Part shown: positions 61,140-64,000 of the stretch, in pieces
Numbering within the stretch: position 1 is the first letter of the stretch
Layout: every line of letters starts with the position of its first letter
NCBI GenBank assembly: GCA_963707985.1
Contig: CAVPRW010000007.1
Coordinates: 96,001 to 160,000, forward strand
Reading direction: 5' to 3'
DNA length: 64,000 nt
Source of the DNA: an uncultured Nitrospinota bacterium
GTDB lineage: Bacteria; Tectomicrobia; Entotheonellia; J063; CAVPRW01
Translations under genes and position numbers: made by a program
Notes under the pieces: model-generated
Seen by the model: only the letters and a program-made list of their open reading frames with translations
The model's database searches: none
Told to the model about the DNA's origin: nothing

Positions 61140-64000
61140 GTGATTGACCGCACTGAACTGCTTGCCGACTTGCAAGCCGTGCTGCGCAAACTCGAAGCGG
61201 ATCTGCTGGAGCGCAGTGAGGCGATGCCGGAAGTCGGCGCGGCTCTCACAGGTGAGCATCAGCGCGCCAGGAAAGCCGATCGCACGGCCCAGAGCTACGA
61301 AGACTGGCGCTCCGATTACATCACGCAGATCGGCGCAGCGTGGGTGCTCAGTTGTGTCTTCGTCCGCTTCCTGGAAGACAACCGGTTGATCGATCCGCCC
61401 AGGATCGCCGGGCCTGACGAGCGACTGGCGCGGGCGCGGGACGAACACGAACTCTACTTCCGCGCCCATCCGACCGAGACCGACCGCGAGTACCTGCTGC
61501 ACGTCTTCGACGAGCTGGCCCGCTTGCCAGGGACAAAGGATATCTTTGGCGCGCACAACCCGATCCATGAGTTGCCCAACTGGCTCAGCGGCGATGCGGC
61601 TGGCGAGCTGCTGAAGTTCTTCCAGAAGATCGACGCCAATACCGGCGTGCTGATCCACGATTTCACTGACCCGGATTGGAACACGCGCTTCCTGGGCGAC
61701 CTGTACCAGGACCTGTCCGAGGCGGCCCGCAAGAAGTACGCGCTGCTGCAGACGCCGGAGTTCGTCGAGGAGTTCATTCTCGACCGCACGCTTGATCCGG
61801 CCCTCGACGAGTTCGGCCTGGAAGGGTTTCGGATGATCGACCCGACCTGCGGTTCGGGGCACTTCCTGCTCGGTGCCTTCCAGCGCCTCCTGGACCGGTG
61901 GCGCCGCACCGAACCGGGGACGGGAACGCGCGAGCTGGTACAGCGCGCTCTGGATGCTGTGTATGGCGTGGACGTGAATCCGTACGCCGTGGCCATTGCG
62001 CGCTTTCGGCTGCTGGTGGCGGCGTTGCGGGCGAGTGACATTACCAGGTTACGGGACGCGCCAGGATTTCGCATCAACGTCACGGCAGGGGATAGCTTGC
62101 TCCACGGGCGGCGGTTTGGCGAACTCAACCTCAAGGGCGAGTCGGTGGACTTGCGGCGTGTAGGCGGCAGTGAGCACGTCTACCGTGCGGAAGACCTGAC
62201 GGAGCTGCACCGCATTCTTGGGCAGCAGTACCATGTGGTGGTGGGGAATCCACCCTACATCACGGTGAAGGATGCTGCGCTGAACCAGGCGTATCGGAAT
62301 CGCTACTCGACCTGCCATCGCCAGTATTCTCTCGCTGTTCCCTTCACCGAACGTTTTTTTGAGCTTGCTATTTCCGGCCGTGACGCTACAGCCAAGTGGT
62401 TACGTCGGCATGATTACTGCCAATTCTTTCATGAAGCGCGAGTTTGGCAAGAAGCTGATCGAGGAGTTCTTTCCACGCATTGACCTGACCCATGTCATTG
62501 ACACCTCAGGGGCGTATATTCCTGGCCATGGGACACCCACGGTCATTTTGTTTGGCCGTCACTGCAAACCTGTGAGTCGTGAAGTTCGTGCTGTGCTTGG
62601 TATACGAGGGGAGCCAGGCACGCCGGATGATCCGGCCCAGGGTCAGGTATGGCGGTCGATCGTCGAGCACTTGGACCAAGCGGGATCACAGAATGAGTTT
62701 ATCAGTGTTGCTGACATGCCCAGAGAGACATTTTCTAAACATCCATGGAGTATTGGAGGTGGCGGACAGATAGAACTCACTGAAACCATTGAACAAAATT
62801 CGATCTGTCGGTTGCAAGACGAAATCGAAGCGATCTCTTCTCTTTGCATCACACGTGAAGATGAGGCGTACTTGTTGCCTCAGAAGGCTCTCGATCGGAT
62901 GCGTATCCAAAAGGAATACCAAATTGTTAGTGTTCAGGGAGATCAGGTGAGAGACTGGACTCTCAACTCCCCTGGATGGGCTCTCTTTCCTTATGACACT
63001 GACCTCAAACCTGTAAGTTACGAAAGAGGTCCTGAGGTGCATAGGTTTCTATGGCCAGTACGAGAGTTTTTGTGGCGACGTCGTGAACTCGGCGGCGATC
63101 ACAGAGAACTTGGTCGTACCTGGTGGGAATGGAACCGGTTTCTTACGCACAGGTTCCGCACCCCTCTCTCTATCGCCTTTCCACAAATTACTACTCATAA
63201 CCACTTCGTGCTCGATCGCGGTGGGAAAGTTTTTAACCGAACAGCTCCAATCATCAAGTTACCCAGCGATGCCACCGAGGACGATCATCTCGCTCTGCTC
63301 GGCCTGCTCAACAGTTCTACTGCATGCTTTTGGATGAAGCAAATGTTTCATAACAAAGGGAGTACAGTAGACGAGAAGGGCGCACGCCAAACCACTATTG
63401 CCTTTGAAAACTTCTATGACTTCACCGGAACAGGATTGCAGAAGTTTCCTGTCACATCCGAGAAACCCCTCGACCTCGCTGTTGCTATAGATCGCCTGGC
63501 GCAGGATTGGCAAAAGCGTCTTCCGCCTCAACTGGCTACAGGCTTTCCCCTGTCCCAAACCCATTTCACTGAACACAGAAACAAGGCAGCGGGCTTGCTT
63601 GGCAGTATGATTGCTCTCCAAGAAGAACTCGATTGGCGCTGCTATACTCTGTATGGTATCACGGACCAGAACCTGTGCTACTGTGACACTGCTGGCAACC
63701 AGCTCACGCCTCCTGCAATCACGCTGGGGCAACGTGCCTTCGAAATCAGCATGGCTCGCAAGATGGCCGCTGGTGAATTGGAGACAACCTGGTTCGAGCG
63801 CCACGGCGCATTGCCGATCACCGAGATCCCTGCTGAATGGCCGGATGACTACAAGCGGCTCGTGGAGCGGCGGATTGCGCTGATCGAGACCAATCACAAC
63901 ATCGGCCTGATCGAGCAGCCGGAATACAAACGGCGCTGGAACACCGAGCCGTGGGAATCACAGCTAGAGCGGGCGTTGCGCAGCTGGCTTCTCGACCGCC
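61140..64000 (+). CDS. pglX: BREX type 2 adenine methyltransferase PglX (frameshift near 62390; runs off window)
   Basis: [38 protein letters not shown], then [36 protein letters not shown] in the shifted frame. Confidence 0.92.

Noticed and set aside
62370..62400. Phase-variable tract in pglX as in Streptomyces Pgl
   Set aside because: No homopolymer or SSR at the frameshift site; an indel error or mutation is more likely
1..64000. CRISPR array or rRNA
   Set aside because: No regularly spaced repeats with unique spacers and no rRNA-like sequence seen

Overview
GC-rich bacterial chromosomal window. Its gene content (LLM oxidoreductases, amidohydrolase, USP/CBS proteins) resembles soil Tectomicrobia/Entotheonella-like MAGs, but that taxonomy is inference only. 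(1) 1-8 kb: the end of a DMSO-reductase-family molybdoenzyme operon (heme b subunit plus TorD-like chaperone) and a stand-alone, divergent aprBA pair. (2) 8-16 kb: a mobile-DNA graveyard (IS91, IS110, IS701-like and IS630 remnants, two attC-like sites, gene fragments). It holds a probable AhpD-like selenoprotein (in-frame TGA in CxxU followed by a SECIS-like hairpin) and a TIR-TPR gene. (3) 16-20 kb: an aromatic/heterocycle catabolic operon. (4) 20.5-39 kb: a stress/dormancy-type island (PAS kinase with NtrC-family regulator, GT4, CBS, cytochromes c, HPF-CSD, USPs, Hsp20, DsrE-like, DUF2267, glgP) with six or seven sigma-54 promoters and a shared candidate enhancer. (5) 39-55 kb: housekeeping genes, including a non-canonical EF-G paralogue, nth and nfo. 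(6) tRNA-Ala(GGC) followed by a BREX type 2/Pgl defence island (pglW, pglX, many frameshifts) with toxin-antitoxin genes inserted between them. No CRISPR array or rRNA was seen.
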